Of a stretch of DNA of 64,000 nucleotides, positions 1 to 10,221 are shown one piece after another; position 1 is the first letter of the stretch; each line of letters starts with the position of its first letter. Origin of the DNA: Opitutales bacterium. Its GTDB lineage: Bacteria > Verrucomicrobiota > Verrucomicrobiia > Opitutales > UBA2987. The notes below the pieces were generated by a model that worked only from the letters and a program-made list of their open reading frames with translations, was not told where the DNA came from and did no database searches. Made by a program: the position numbers and the translations under genes. The stretch is taken from positions 256,001-320,000 of the forward strand of contig CBDDEL010000017.1 of assembly GCA_965226885.1 (NCBI GenBank), given 5' to 3'.

Positions 1-594
1 GGAACCAGAGTGCAGGTAATGCGCCCACACCAGAGGATCGATGCCAGCAACGCCAAGCATATCGCTAAAATGGAAGTCGAGGTCCGCAAATACCTTTTCG
101 ATTCCGCCCACGCCTTGAAGGCTAACGTGCCGGGTTATGAAAATTCTTACCTCATGATGGTTTCCCCATACCTGGCGGTGCGGGGCGGTCCTTGCATCGA
201 GGGGGAATACACCCTGACCTGGGAAGATTGCATGGAGGGAAAGCGTTTCGACGACGTAACCTATGTTTATGGCGAGACCAGGGCCTTTCACCGCACCCGC
301 ATGAAATATGGCGAACCGCGGTGGACGGACGTGCCTTACCGCGTCATGGTGCCGAAAAAAATCGATGGGCTCCTGGCCGTCGGCAGGGCCGCTTCCGGTG
401 TGCCCGACACGCTTTTACGCAATCGCATGGGCGTCATGCACATGGGTCAAGCCTGCGGAACGGCCGCCGCTCTTTGCGCCAAAAACGACTGCACACCCCG
501 CGATCTGGACGTTCACTCCTTGCAGGAACGCCTGATCGACGACGGATTCTATCTGGGCAACCGGGCTCGCTTGCGCGAACTAAAAATCAGTTGA
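1..594 (+). CDS. FAD-dependent oxidoreductase (FAD_oxidored/PF12831-like), 5'-truncated by the window edge
   Basis: Open frame from base 1; C-terminal motifs VPYRVMVPKKIDGLLAVGR, MHMGQACGTAAA and LQERL are typical of this family. Confidence 0.8.
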   Translation, partial: GTRVQVMRPHQRIDASNAKHIAKMEVEVRKYLFDSAHALKANVPGYENSYLMMVSPYLAVRGGPCIEGEYTLTWEDCMEGKRFDDVTYVYGETRAFHRTRMKYGEPRWTDVPYRVMVPKKIDGLLAVGRAASGVPDTLLRNRMGVMHMGQACGTAAALCAKNDCTPRDLDVHSLQERLIDDGFYLGNRARLRELKIS

Positions 595-631
595 ACATGG
601 CAAAGCAAAACAGGCTGTTTTGATTGCGCGC

Positions 632-3361
632 ATGGGAAACAAAAAACAGTCATGGAAAATTGAAGGATTCGAAGCCTTCGCCCGTGGCTCGTTTGGCAAC
701 AGCGGTCAAAACCTCTATGTTTCACGAGCCGGTATTTTGCAGCGCATTTACCAATATGATTTGACCGGAAACGGCTATGTGGACTTGGTCTTCTGCAATA
801 GCCAATCGCATTTTGAAAAACCAGATTCGCTTGTCTATTCCGATCTCTTGGGTAACTGCCACTGCCGCGGTATCCGCACCCATGGCTGCCGGGCGGCCAC
901 CGTGGCCGATTTAAATGGCGACGGCTACGACGATCTCGTTCTAGGCCATATCAAAGACGGATTGGCCACCGACCTCAATGCCTTCATCTATTACGGCTCC
1001 CCCCAAGGATTGACGGAGAATTACCACACCGAAATTCCAGCCCCCGGCTGCACCGCCGTTGCGGCGGGTGATTTTAATGGAGATGGCAGGATCGATTTGG
1101 CATTCATCACGAGGGGAAAACTGAGAATCTTTTACCAGACAGAACTGGGTTTTGAACTGAAAAAATTCACGGATTTTGACATCCAAGGACAGCAACTGGA
1201 TGCCTACGACCTGGATGAGGATGGATTTTTTGAATTGCTCATCCGATCCACCGATGGAACCGTAACGATTTATTGGGGAGGAACGGATGGCTTTCAGGAA
1301 TCTCGGAAAACAGAGATTCCCGCCTCAATAATGAACAGTTTTGTTAATGAAGAGGAATCGGTGGATGACGGCGCGGATGTATCGGATGAAGAGTTCGTGG
1401 CCGATGCGGATCCTCTCCTAAAAGTGATAGGCTTGGCGGGAAAACCGCATGTTTTCTGTCCATTTGCGCAAACCGTTTTATTAATCCCGGTAGATGCTGA
1501 AAGGAGCTTCGGAACACCGTTGGAATTTCGAGTGAGAAAGGCATATTCGGTGGCGGCAGGCGATGTTAACGGCAACGGTTTTACCGATCTCGTCTTCGCC
1601 TCTCGGGACAAATGCGATGGGACGGAATGCTCCTGGATTTATTGGTGTGGCGAAGAGGGTTATTCGGAGTTGAGAAGGGAGCATTTGCCCAGCAGCAGAG
1701 CAGCCGATGTTGCCGTGGCCGATCTCAACGGCAATGGTTTCTCAGATATTTTAATTGTCCAGAATCGCGATGCGGAATCTTTCACCACAGAGTCACTGAT
1801 TTATCCAGGAAACATGAATGGGTTAAGTTTCAAACCGGTTCGCCTCGTCTCTCACGATGCCCGCAGAGGATTCATCGCCCGAACTAGCGATGAGGAACTT
1901 CCCCAGGTAATCTTGACCAGCAATTTCGCCCGCAGCGCATCCGATGACTTAAAAAGCTGCATTTATTTTGGCTCCAAAGAAGGTTACTCGGCTGAAAATA
2001 AAAAGGAGATTCCCAGCTGGGGCGCCTTCAGCATGCTTTATGCCGACCTCAACGACGACGGTTTGGCCGATCTGGTTTTTGCCAACGGCAGTGAATTTTC
2101 AGCCCTTAAAGATCCGGGCTCCTATCTTTATTATAACAGCAATGACGGCATCGGAGACCGTCCAGACCAGGTGCTACCGACATCCGCCGGCACCGTAGCG
2201 GTTTGCGCAGACCTTGATCGTAACGGTTATCTCGACCTCGTGATGTGCGGTTTCCGAAGTCCGGAAGTGTTAATTTTTCCGGGAGGGCTCAACGGCTTCC
2301 AGGTTGATGATAAAATAACCATTCCCCTGGAACATGGGGGCAAGCCCTACGGTTTCCTATTTTCCCTTTTCCTCGTCGATCTGACGGGCGACGGCTGGTT
2401 GGACATGATCGTGGGCGGAGGAGTTGCCGACATGGCTCTCATTTTGTGGGGCAGGCCGGAGGGTTTTTCGGTGGCCAGGAGCCGAGCCCTGGCCACTTAC
2501 ATGCCCCGAACCATCACTGCCGCAGATCTCAGCGGAAATGGTTATCCCGACTTGATAATCGGTGGCAGAAACCCTCAGCTAACGGGTCCTCACGACGCTT
2601 TTCTGTATGTCTATTGGAATGGGCCGGAGGGCCTCCGAGAAGACCGGCGCACAATGCTTCCCGTGAAATCCACGAACGGGCTGGCGGTCGCGGATTTTAA
2701 TAACGATGGCAGTCTCGATATTTTTGCCGGCTCCTACGCCGACGGACGCGAGAGGGACCTGGAAAGCTACATCTACTGGAATCGACCTGGGCACGGGTTC
2801 ACCCTCCTGGATCGTTTGTGCCTGCAAACCCATGCCGTGGGCGGGTGCCTGGCCGCCGATTTCAATGAAAACGGCTGGGTTGACCTGGCGGTGGCGAATC
2901 ACAAGGTTCTGGGCGACCACAAGGGATATTCCGAAATCTGGTGGAACGGCCCGGACGGCTTCAATGTCTCCCGCACAGCTCAGTTGCCAACCTTAGGCGC
3001 TCGAGGCCCTTCGATAAATCATCCCGGCAACATTCTGGACCGGGGGGCGGAGGAATACTATGTTTCCGAACCCTTTTCGTTACCGGCAGACTCTTTCGTC
3101 GAAGGCATTACATGGAAAGCGAAAATTCCACAAAAAACCTGGGTTAAAGCACAGTTGCGAGTGGCAAATGATGCCGGCGAGCTGGAAAGGCTTCCCTGGC
3201 TGGGGCAGAACGGAGCGAATTCCTGGTGGGAAAAAGATGGAAGCGATTCCGGAATAGAATTATCGGGACGCTGCGTTCAGTTTCGGCTCGCCCTGGGAGC
3301 CATTAACTCCTGTTCGTCGCCTCGAATTAGTTCCGTTAGTGTTAATTATCGCGTTAAATAG
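632..3361 (+). CDS. FG-GAP/VCBS repeat protein
   Basis: More than 12 DxNxDGxxDL-type repeats with IYYG/IYWG strands; ATG at 632 (ORF open from 620); no obvious signal peptide. Confidence 0.85.
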   Translation: MGNKKQSWKIEGFEAFARGSFGNSGQNLYVSRAGILQRIYQYDLTGNGYVDLVFCNSQSHFEKPDSLVYSDLLGNCHCRGIRTHGCRAATVADLNGDGYDDLVLGHIKDGLATDLNAFIYYGSPQGLTENYHTEIPAPGCTAVAAGDFNGDGRIDLAFITRGKLRIFYQTELGFELKKFTDFDIQGQQLDAYDLDEDGFFELLIRSTDGTVTIYWGGTDGFQESRKTEIPASIMNSFVNEEESVDDGADVSDEEFVADADPLLKVIGLAGKPHVFCPFAQTVLLIPVDAERSFGTPLEFRVRKAYSVAAGDVNGNGFTDLVFASRDKCDGTECSWIYWCGEEGYSELRREHLPSSRAADVAVADLNGNGFSDILIVQNRDAESFTTESLIYPGNMNGLSFKPVRLVSHDARRGFIARTSDEELPQVILTSNFARSASDDLKSCIYFGSKEGYSAENKKEIPSWGAFSMLYADLNDDGLADLVFANGSEFSALKDPGSYLYYNSNDGIGDRPDQVLPTSAGTVAVCADLDRNGYLDLVMCGFRSPEVLIFPGGLNGFQVDDKITIPLEHGGKPYGFLFSLFLVDLTGDGWLDMIVGGGVADMALILWGRPEGFSVARSRALATYMPRTITAADLSGNGYPDLIIGGRNPQLTGPHDAFLYVYWNGPEGLREDRRTMLPVKSTNGLAVADFNNDGSLDIFAGSYADGRERDLESYIYWNRPGHGFTLLDRLCLQTHAVGGCLAADFNENGWVDLAVANHKVLGDHKGYSEIWWNGPDGFNVSRTAQLPTLGARGPSINHPGNILDRGAEEYYVSEPFSLPADSFVEGITWKAKIPQKTWVKAQLRVANDAGELERLPWLGQNGANSWWEKDGSDSGIELSGRCVQFRLALGAINSCSSPRISSVSVNYRVK

Positions 3362-4900
3362 ATGAGTTCAACAATTACCGTAGAAAAGGGAGAACCTCAG
3401 CTCTTCGTTGACGATTTACTCATTGAATCGCAGGAAAATCTTAAAAGAACCCTGCACCAGCCGAAAAAGGATAACGGCGGCAATTTTCCCATCCTGCAAT
3501 TACCGCCTGATTTTTTCGGTGATATTCTCGGGACATTGATGGCTAACGGCACCATCGGTTACGATCCGAAAATCAACAAATACGTTATGTTCGCGCTGGC
3601 CTGGGATGCAAAAGCTGTCGATGGCTGGAAAAGGGTAAAATTATTGCGCTACACTTCAGACGACGGCCTTGGCTGGAACACCAATCCCGATGGTTCCTGC
3701 GAGGTTGTTTACCCCATATCGCAAAAAGAAGTGCAATACGGAAAGTCTCTGCAAGAAACTTTTCACCTAGATCTTTTTTCCTGCCACTATGATTTGACTA
3801 ACGAAAAATACCCCTACCAGGGTTGGATCTTTCTGCGCGGGCGCGAGGAGGAAACGGGAATTTATCACATGCGGTCGACAGATGGAAAAAAATGGAAACG
3901 AGGACGTCTTGTGTTGCAACGATTTACACGTGAATTGAGGCAGGACGGGACATTCCTGATGGGGCCGGGCGATGTCTCCCTTTTTTCAGCAGATGCCAAG
4001 TCAAACCGGTTCTTGGGAAGTTTTAAATTCCAGAATTTTAAAGGAAAAGGCACAGAACATCTGCTACGCTCACGTGCCTATTTGTTTGTCGATCGGCTTG
4101 ATGCACTCATTGATCCCCGGAAATTTAAACGCGTCGATCAGGTGCCGCCACAGAAAAAACATAATGGGGATGAACCAAACGACGAATACTATGCCTCGAC
4201 GGCCTGGCGTTACGGTTCTCATTGGCTGGGCGGCCTGAAAGTATTTCACGTCAATAGCGACTATCCATATTCTTCTTCGGGATGCGCCTTTCTGAAAATG
4301 CATTGTAGCAGAAATGGATTGAACTGGAATAAACTACCCTTTGAAAATGATGATGGGGTTGCCGAAATTTTCTTGGCCAACGGCAAAGAGGGTGACCATA
4401 ACGGCCTCAATGATGGAGGATATCTAACGGAATTTACAAACGCTCCATTAATAATTAATAATGAATTGATTTTTTATTACGGAAACTCCTCCTACGGAAA
4501 AAATCACCCTGACGGTGTGCGAATGACGGGCGGAGGAATATTCCGCGCAAGATTAAAGAGAGATGGTTTTGTCTCGGTCGATAACGGTTCGCTGACGACG
4601 CATCCCTTCAATCTGCCGGGAAATGATCTTTATATAAACCATTGCGGAGAAATCCAAGTGAATGTCCTCAATCAATCGGGAAAACTGATTGCTTCGAGCA
4701 TAATAACCAGCAACGATTCAAGCATGGATACACCTGTTTTGTTTAGTCGAAAATCTCTTAAAAATCTTTTCCAGAAATCGACTCAAACAAAAAATATTTC
4801 AATTAAATTGCAAATTAATATCAAAGAGGGAAATGGGGAAATCACTTCTACTCATTCTATATTAAATAGTTATGCTATTCATTTTTTGTATTTTTTTTAA
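3362..4900 (+). CDS. Beta-propeller glycoside hydrolase-like hypothetical protein (GH32/43-like fold)
   Basis: QLFVDD N-terminus, Asp-box-like SxDGxxW repeats, RDGFVS motif; C-terminal tail may be frameshifted by a near-perfect 8-bp duplication at 4827-4842. Confidence 0.6.
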   Translation: MSSTITVEKGEPQLFVDDLLIESQENLKRTLHQPKKDNGGNFPILQLPPDFFGDILGTLMANGTIGYDPKINKYVMFALAWDAKAVDGWKRVKLLRYTSDDGLGWNTNPDGSCEVVYPISQKEVQYGKSLQETFHLDLFSCHYDLTNEKYPYQGWIFLRGREEETGIYHMRSTDGKKWKRGRLVLQRFTRELRQDGTFLMGPGDVSLFSADAKSNRFLGSFKFQNFKGKGTEHLLRSRAYLFVDRLDALIDPRKFKRVDQVPPQKKHNGDEPNDEYYASTAWRYGSHWLGGLKVFHVNSDYPYSSSGCAFLKMHCSRNGLNWNKLPFENDDGVAEIFLANGKEGDHNGLNDGGYLTEFTNAPLIINNELIFYYGNSSYGKNHPDGVRMTGGGIFRARLKRDGFVSVDNGSLTTHPFNLPGNDLYINHCGEIQVNVLNQSGKLIASSIITSNDSSMDTPVLFSRKSLKNLFQKSTQTKNISIKLQINIKEGNGEITSTHSILNSYAIHFLYFF

Positions 4901-5134
4901 TTTCAATCTAGCCCTGAAATTTACTATTTATATAATTTTATCTAAAAATTACTTTCCTCACCAGATGCCTCACCAGATGCGCTTTGCAAGAAGACGGGGG
5001 ACTGGTGATTCTGATGGAACTATCAATGTCCGTGTTTAGAATTGTAACATTTCCGCTGGGAAGATGTTGTTTTCTACTCATCTCGATAAACGGAAATGAT
5101 TTCCAAAAATATTCGATGGCACTTTTGATTTCAT

Positions 5135-6030
5135 ATGAGCAAAGACACGCATAAGAAGAAAGTTTTGATAACTGGCACATCAGGCTTGGTTGGCGGGGCA
5201 GTCTGGAACTGGATGGCCGGTTTTCCCGATAGGTACGATCTTTATGCGCTGGACCGGAGTGAGCACCAGTCGGACCGTACCATAGATGCCTCGCGGCCGG
5301 AAATTCCAGAGGGCCGGTTTTTTCGGACCGATATTTCAGATATTGAAGCGGTCAAACGGGTTATGCGTGGAATGGATGCTGTAGCGCACTTGGCAGCCGA
5401 TCCTAGACCACACGCTCCATGGGAGGTTCTTTTGAAGAGCAATATCATTGGCGTGTATAATATTTTAGAGGCGGGGCGGGAATGCGGCGTCAAGCGCGTT
5501 GTGTTCGCGAGTTCGATCATGGTTTCGTCCGGTTACCGGAAATCGGAGCCGTATTGTTCCTACAAGGAAGGCGTTTATGGTGATGCGTCGGGACCGTTTC
5601 CTTATCTCAGAGCAGATGCTCCCTCGCGGCCGGACACCATCCCGAGGCCCTATGCGAGCACCAAGCTCTGGGGCGAAGCACTTGCCCTGTAAACCGCGTA
5701 GACTGCTGCGTTCCTGATAGACTCGAAGGATCATTTCTTTTTGCTCTTCGGTGTATTTCACCGGTATATGGTTCGGAAGCTTACGGGATGTCGGCGATGT
5801 GTATACGGATCGGGAGTGTAACCGCGGCCAACACACCTATAGGCCGCAACAAAGACGTGTGGTGCAGCTTCCGCGATATCGGACAATTGTTTCAATGCTG
5901 TATCGAAGCTCCTGATACGGTCAAATTCGATGTTTTTTACAGCATATCTAACAGCCGTTACGGCTGGGTGGATATCGAACACGCTCGCAAGACCGTGGGT
6001 TATCAACCTCAAGATACAGTTGAAATTTGA
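5135..6030 (+). pseudogene. NAD-dependent epimerase/uronate dehydrogenase-like SDR, disrupted by an IS1 internal fragment
   Basis: GTSGLVG Rossmann motif and YASTK; stop introduced at 5690 by the insert; the C-terminal part (MCIRIG...VGYQPQD) resumes in another frame at about 5761. Confidence 0.8.
5687..5761 (-). mobile_element. 75-bp internal fragment of IS1-family insA, without IS ends
   Basis: Identical to 45407-45481; encodes VKYTEEQKEMILRVYQERSSLRGLQ on the minus strand. Confidence 0.9.
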
Positions 6031-6138
6031 AAACAGGTTGGACGAAATCCAGATGACTAAATGATTGAAGCCTACTTCGGTTCACTCGAAAAGCCGGGCC
6101 AATCAGAACCTTCTGTTTTCCCTCGCAAGTCTGAAGTT

Positions 6139-6636
6139 TCAGGAACCTTTTTGCCTCGCGGCAATTTTACGGAAAATACCTGGTCCATGAATTTGACGAA
6201 GCATTTTCCGCCGGAGGGCCACGGCGAGTTTTAATGCTTTTTCCTCCCCATATTTGCGAATCGAGATGGAAGTTGCCTTCTGAACTCCAGGAGCAGGCCT
6301 CCAACTGACCGAATAAACTTCGTGTATTGTCCCGTTAGGAGATTGTTTCGCTATGCGACTGACTCCCAACACACCGGTAGTATTGCGCACATCGCGGTAT
6401 ACGATCCTTCGGCCCCGAGGCTTGGTGGGAATTTGGGCCAGCTTTTCGTAAAGCTTATCGCGATAATCTCGCGCTGCCGCTTGCGCCTTTCTTTTTCCCC
6501 CGCACTTTAGGTCGCTGAAAAGTTTTGAGTAGGTTTTCCCATTTTTGTAACCTCTCACAAACCATCCGTGGGTTGAACCCGAATCAATGCGGCTGATTCC
6601 CTTGTTTTGGGGATTTTTCCTTTTTCTTTTTGCCAT
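6139..6636 (-). CDS. AP2-like DNA-binding domain protein (two AP2-like repeats)
   Basis: GISRID..GWFVR..SKLFSD..GG..A..AA..YRD and TGVLGVSR..W....SI.KYGEEKALKLA; very basic. Confidence 0.7.
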   Translation of the reverse strand: MAKRKRKNPQNKGISRIDSGSTHGWFVRGYKNGKTYSKLFSDLKCGGKRKAQAAARDYRDKLYEKLAQIPTKPRGRRIVYRDVRNTTGVLGVSRIAKQSPNGTIHEVYSVSWRPAPGVQKATSISIRKYGEEKALKLAVALRRKMLRQIHGPGIFRKIAARQKGS

Positions 6637-6731
6637 AACCTAGCTGATATAATAATTTAATTACTTGATATAATACTTATATTGCTCCTTCCAATAAGCT
6701 TTGGCAATCGTTTCTTCTGAATATCTGCTAG

Positions 6732-8298
6732 CCCGGATATTTCATGAAGGGTAAAGTTTGGCTCGTTATTGCTATTGGAGATGGATTTCTTTGTATTTTG
6801 AGCAGATCGTCTTGATTTTTAGGTGTTTTTCAGGGTGTAGAGACACTGCCCCCTTTCCCCCATTGGTTCGGTAGTGCCGGGGGCAGCACCAATGCACCCT
6901 TTAGGTTGGCACCAATCGGCGGGCCGCATGGTTGAAAAGACTGGCCCAAGGATAACTCTCACTTAGGTGAAAGTGAATCGTTCGGGTGTTGCGCACGATG
7001 ACCGCTCCGATCTTGATTAATTTGAGCCGCAGGGTGTGGCATTGGGCCCGCGCCCACTTCGTCCCTTTTAAGGCTAACCGGCGCATGGCTTCCATCAAGG
7101 TGTAGGCCAGCGCCGACAAGAGCAATCGGCACTGATTGGCCCACCATTGATGGGCGCTGGTGCGCTCGCTGAACAATTGCATCTGTTCCTTGATTCGGTT
7201 CTCCATTTCACCGCGGCCACAGTATACCTTGTCGTAAAGCTCCTGGGGATCGCCCGGCAGGTTCGTCACCACGAAGCGCGGGTTGGACCCCTGTGCGGTG
7301 TGTTCGGCTTTATGGATGACCAACCGCAGCCATCGCCACGAATCGGCAGCATAGACGAAGTCCTGGAATAACCGTTGTTTTTTACCCCTTAGTTCGAACC
7401 ATTCTTTGGCCTGCTTTTGCAACTGCTGGGCGTCTTGCTGCAAGCGTGCATTGCGAGCCATCCCCACGATGTAACTAACTTCGTTGCGGTCGCACCAAGA
7501 GAGTATCCGGTCTCGACAAAATCCACTGTCGGCGCGCCAAATAATCCGCGTACGGGGCCAGCTTTGGCGAATCCGTTTAACCAGCAATTTGAGGATGGCC
7601 CCGGCATGCTTGCTGGCATCGATCTTGCTCGGCCGCAGGTAGGCCACCAGCAGCTGATCACCGCAAAAAACATATAGCGGCAGAAAACAGTAATGATCAT
7701 AATAACCGTGGAAAAAACGTCCCTCCTGGAGCCCGTGCACCGGATTGTCGGTGCCGTCAAAGTCCAGGATGATCTCTTCGGGTTCCTCGGCAAAGGAGCC
7801 CATGAACTGTTCGACCAACAGCTCGTTTACCGCAAAGGCCGCCCGCCGATCCTGCCCGTTTTCAAAACGACACAAAGTCGGCGCGCTGGCCAACGTTTCA
7901 ATGCGCCCCGTTACCGTTTGCAACAATGGATCGTGGCGCAGGGTATCAAAGTCGTTCAAATCCTCATAGCCCGCCACCAGCCCGTAAACGCGCTGCCGCA
8001 GCATCCCCAAGACCTCATGGCGTACTTTGCCCTTCTGCCGTTTGTCCACTAACTGTCGGGCCGCTCGTTCGGTCAAGCCCAACTGCCGATCCACTTCCCG
8101 GATCAAAAGCAGTCCGGCATCCGAAGTAACCTCTCCGCCCTTGAAATCAACCCCCACACGGCGGCCTTTTACCCTTGTCAACTGTAGCTTTAATTGTTTA
8201 CCTTTTGTCATCGCTGATATTGCTTTAATTATTGATCTATCCTGCTGTATATCAGCAGTTAAGCATATCAACGATACTTTTTTTACGAAATATCCGGG
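6732..8298 (-). mobile_element. IS1380-family element, complete copy
   Basis: Terminal IRs CCCGGATATTTC/GAAATATCCGGG; CTAG on both flanks. Confidence 0.92.
6901..8211 (-). CDS. IS1380-family transposase
   Basis: FKGGEVTSDAGLLL, GYEDLND, LDFDGTD, RADSGF and YCGRGEMENRIKE motifs. Confidence 0.92.
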   Translation of the reverse strand: MTKGKQLKLQLTRVKGRRVGVDFKGGEVTSDAGLLLIREVDRQLGLTERAARQLVDKRQKGKVRHEVLGMLRQRVYGLVAGYEDLNDFDTLRHDPLLQTVTGRIETLASAPTLCRFENGQDRRAAFAVNELLVEQFMGSFAEEPEEIILDFDGTDNPVHGLQEGRFFHGYYDHYCFLPLYVFCGDQLLVAYLRPSKIDASKHAGAILKLLVKRIRQSWPRTRIIWRADSGFCRDRILSWCDRNEVSYIVGMARNARLQQDAQQLQKQAKEWFELRGKKQRLFQDFVYAADSWRWLRLVIHKAEHTAQGSNPRFVVTNLPGDPQELYDKVYCGRGEMENRIKEQMQLFSERTSAHQWWANQCRLLLSALAYTLMEAMRRLALKGTKWARAQCHTLRLKLIKIGAVIVRNTRTIHFHLSESYPWASLFNHAARRLVPT

Positions 8299-8558
8299 CT
8301 AGCGGCGCTGTACCACAGGGAAAGAACTTACTCCTCAATTGTAGAGTAGAGTAGACGAAATTTAAAAAAAAGACCGATTAAACCCTGCGAGAAGTCGGCT
8401 ACTTGCTGGTTTAATCTTCAATCGATAGAGATTACCCCGCGATGTCCAGAGTAAAAAAATCGCCTTCCGGCCCGCTATTTTAAACGGATTTCAAGGTTTT
8501 TAAGGAATAATCTCTGTTAGAACATTATTCTGCGAAGGGACACCAGGTTTTAAAAATC

Positions 8559-8635
<77 letters not shown>

Positions 8636-8977
8636 GAAATTAATAGCTTATTATCAACGATTTACAAATTTTTCCCTTAAAAAGGCGTCAGTTTTGTTAA
8701 TCTGAACGAACCGTAAATTCTGTTGAATTAAGCTAATTTGCGTCGAATCTGCTCCAGGTCAATTGTATTGTTTTAATCTACCACCTTTTTGAAGGAATGG
8801 CGAAAAAACCCAGGATAGCCTTGATCAACTTCAAAAATTTCCAGACTATCATGCCCCCATCCAATTTCAGTTTCGTTTGCTCCTGCTGAAGAGAACGGGG
8901 TAACTGTTGACAGTCAAATAAAACGGCGGTTATTTGGGAAGAGAAAATAATGCGGCAGAGGAGAACTTCACAAAAAA

Positions 8978-10096
8978 ATGATCATAATTAATATTAAGAC
9001 CACATTGTTGGTAAACGCTTGTTTCATTCTATTAACCTCAAGCATTTATGCGAAGGGACAGGAGATGTGGCACAAGGGTAATACTCATGCCCATACCACA
9101 CTTAGCGGGCACGCTGATTCGAGTCCTGAGGCAGTTGCTAAATGGTACCACGACCACGGATACAATTTTCTTATTCTGAGCGAACATAATATCTTTATCG
9201 ATCCATCTACGGTGAAACCGCCAAAAAACGCGCGGGAAGACTTTATCCTCATACCGGGTGAAGAAATTACCGGGCATCTGCGTGTCCATAGCACAGCGAT
9301 TAATATACCCAAACTTATCGATTGGACATTCCAGAGCGAGAGCGTGGCCGCTGTTATCCAAAACCATTTGGATAATACCAAGGCGTTGGGTGGGGAGCAT
9401 ATTCTCAATCATCCAACCTACCGCTATGCTGTCACTGCCGAAGATATGAAACAAGTCAAGGGTTTGCACTTGTTCGAGCTGCACAATGGGCACCCCAATA
9501 CCTATCGACACACCCATGAAGTGGATGAAGGGTATGTAACCACCGAAGACATGTGGGATGATATGCTGACTTCCGGCCTTGTCGTCTATGGGGTTTCCTC
9601 GGACGACACTCATACGCTAAAGGAATGGGAAACCGAGGCGAGCAATCCCGGTCGAGGCTGGATAATGGTTCGATCCAGGAGTTTGACGCCAGAGAGTATC
9701 ACAAAAGATATACGAGCCGGAAATTTCTATGCCACCAGCGGTGTCATTCTCAGTCGAGTCGATGCATCGGAAGATACCTATTCTGTCGAGGTGGATCGCA
9801 GTGCCACTATGGAGGAATTAAATTCTCCCTATAACCTGGGGCGAAAGCTTCCCGATGCCACGGGTGGATTCTTGATCGAGTTCATCGGTCCCACCGGATA
9901 TGTCGTCAAACACATTCATGGGACAAAAGGAACCTTTCGTATTCGACCGGAAAATGCCTACATCCGTTGCCGGGTTACCTACACACGACGTGCAACCCAT
10001 GGGTTTGAACAGTTTTTTGCCTGGACACAGCCTGCTTTTACGGACGACCGGTTGGCCAGAACGCAGGCCGAGGACCACGATTATTTTGGCGAGTAA
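8978..10096 (+). CDS. Secreted PHP-family (CehA/McbA-like) metallo-phosphoesterase
   Basis: Signal peptide; GNTHAHT, SEHN, GEEIT, NHP and SDDTH metal-binding motifs. Confidence 0.8.
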   Translation: MIIINIKTTLLVNACFILLTSSIYAKGQEMWHKGNTHAHTTLSGHADSSPEAVAKWYHDHGYNFLILSEHNIFIDPSTVKPPKNAREDFILIPGEEITGHLRVHSTAINIPKLIDWTFQSESVAAVIQNHLDNTKALGGEHILNHPTYRYAVTAEDMKQVKGLHLFELHNGHPNTYRHTHEVDEGYVTTEDMWDDMLTSGLVVYGVSSDDTHTLKEWETEASNPGRGWIMVRSRSLTPESITKDIRAGNFYATSGVILSRVDASEDTYSVEVDRSATMEELNSPYNLGRKLPDATGGFLIEFIGPTGYVVKHIHGTKGTFRIRPENAYIRCRVTYTRRATHGFEQFFAWTQPAFTDDRLARTQAEDHDYFGE

Positions 10097-10125
10097 TTAA
10101 TAAATTACAAAAGTCAAAATATTGG

Positions 10126-10189
10126 TTGACAGGGGCAGGAATTGGATAATATATTCTAAAAAGTTACTTAATATGGATAATATATCCAT
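10126..10189 (+). promoter_or_regulatory. Putative sigma70 promoter with paired operator sites upstream of the RpiR operon
   Basis: TTGACA at 10126, TATATT at 10150 (18-bp spacer); TGGATAATATAT repeated at 10143 and 10174; perfect ATGGATA-N3-TATCCAT at 10173-10189. Confidence 0.5.
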
Positions 10190-10221
10190 TCTGCATTCGA
10201 GAAATATTTCTTAACAAAGCG

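Noticed and set aside
5465..5836. Minus-strand ORF containing an InsA peptide as a novel fusion gene
   Set aside because: A by-product of the 75-bp insert within antisense epimerase sequence.
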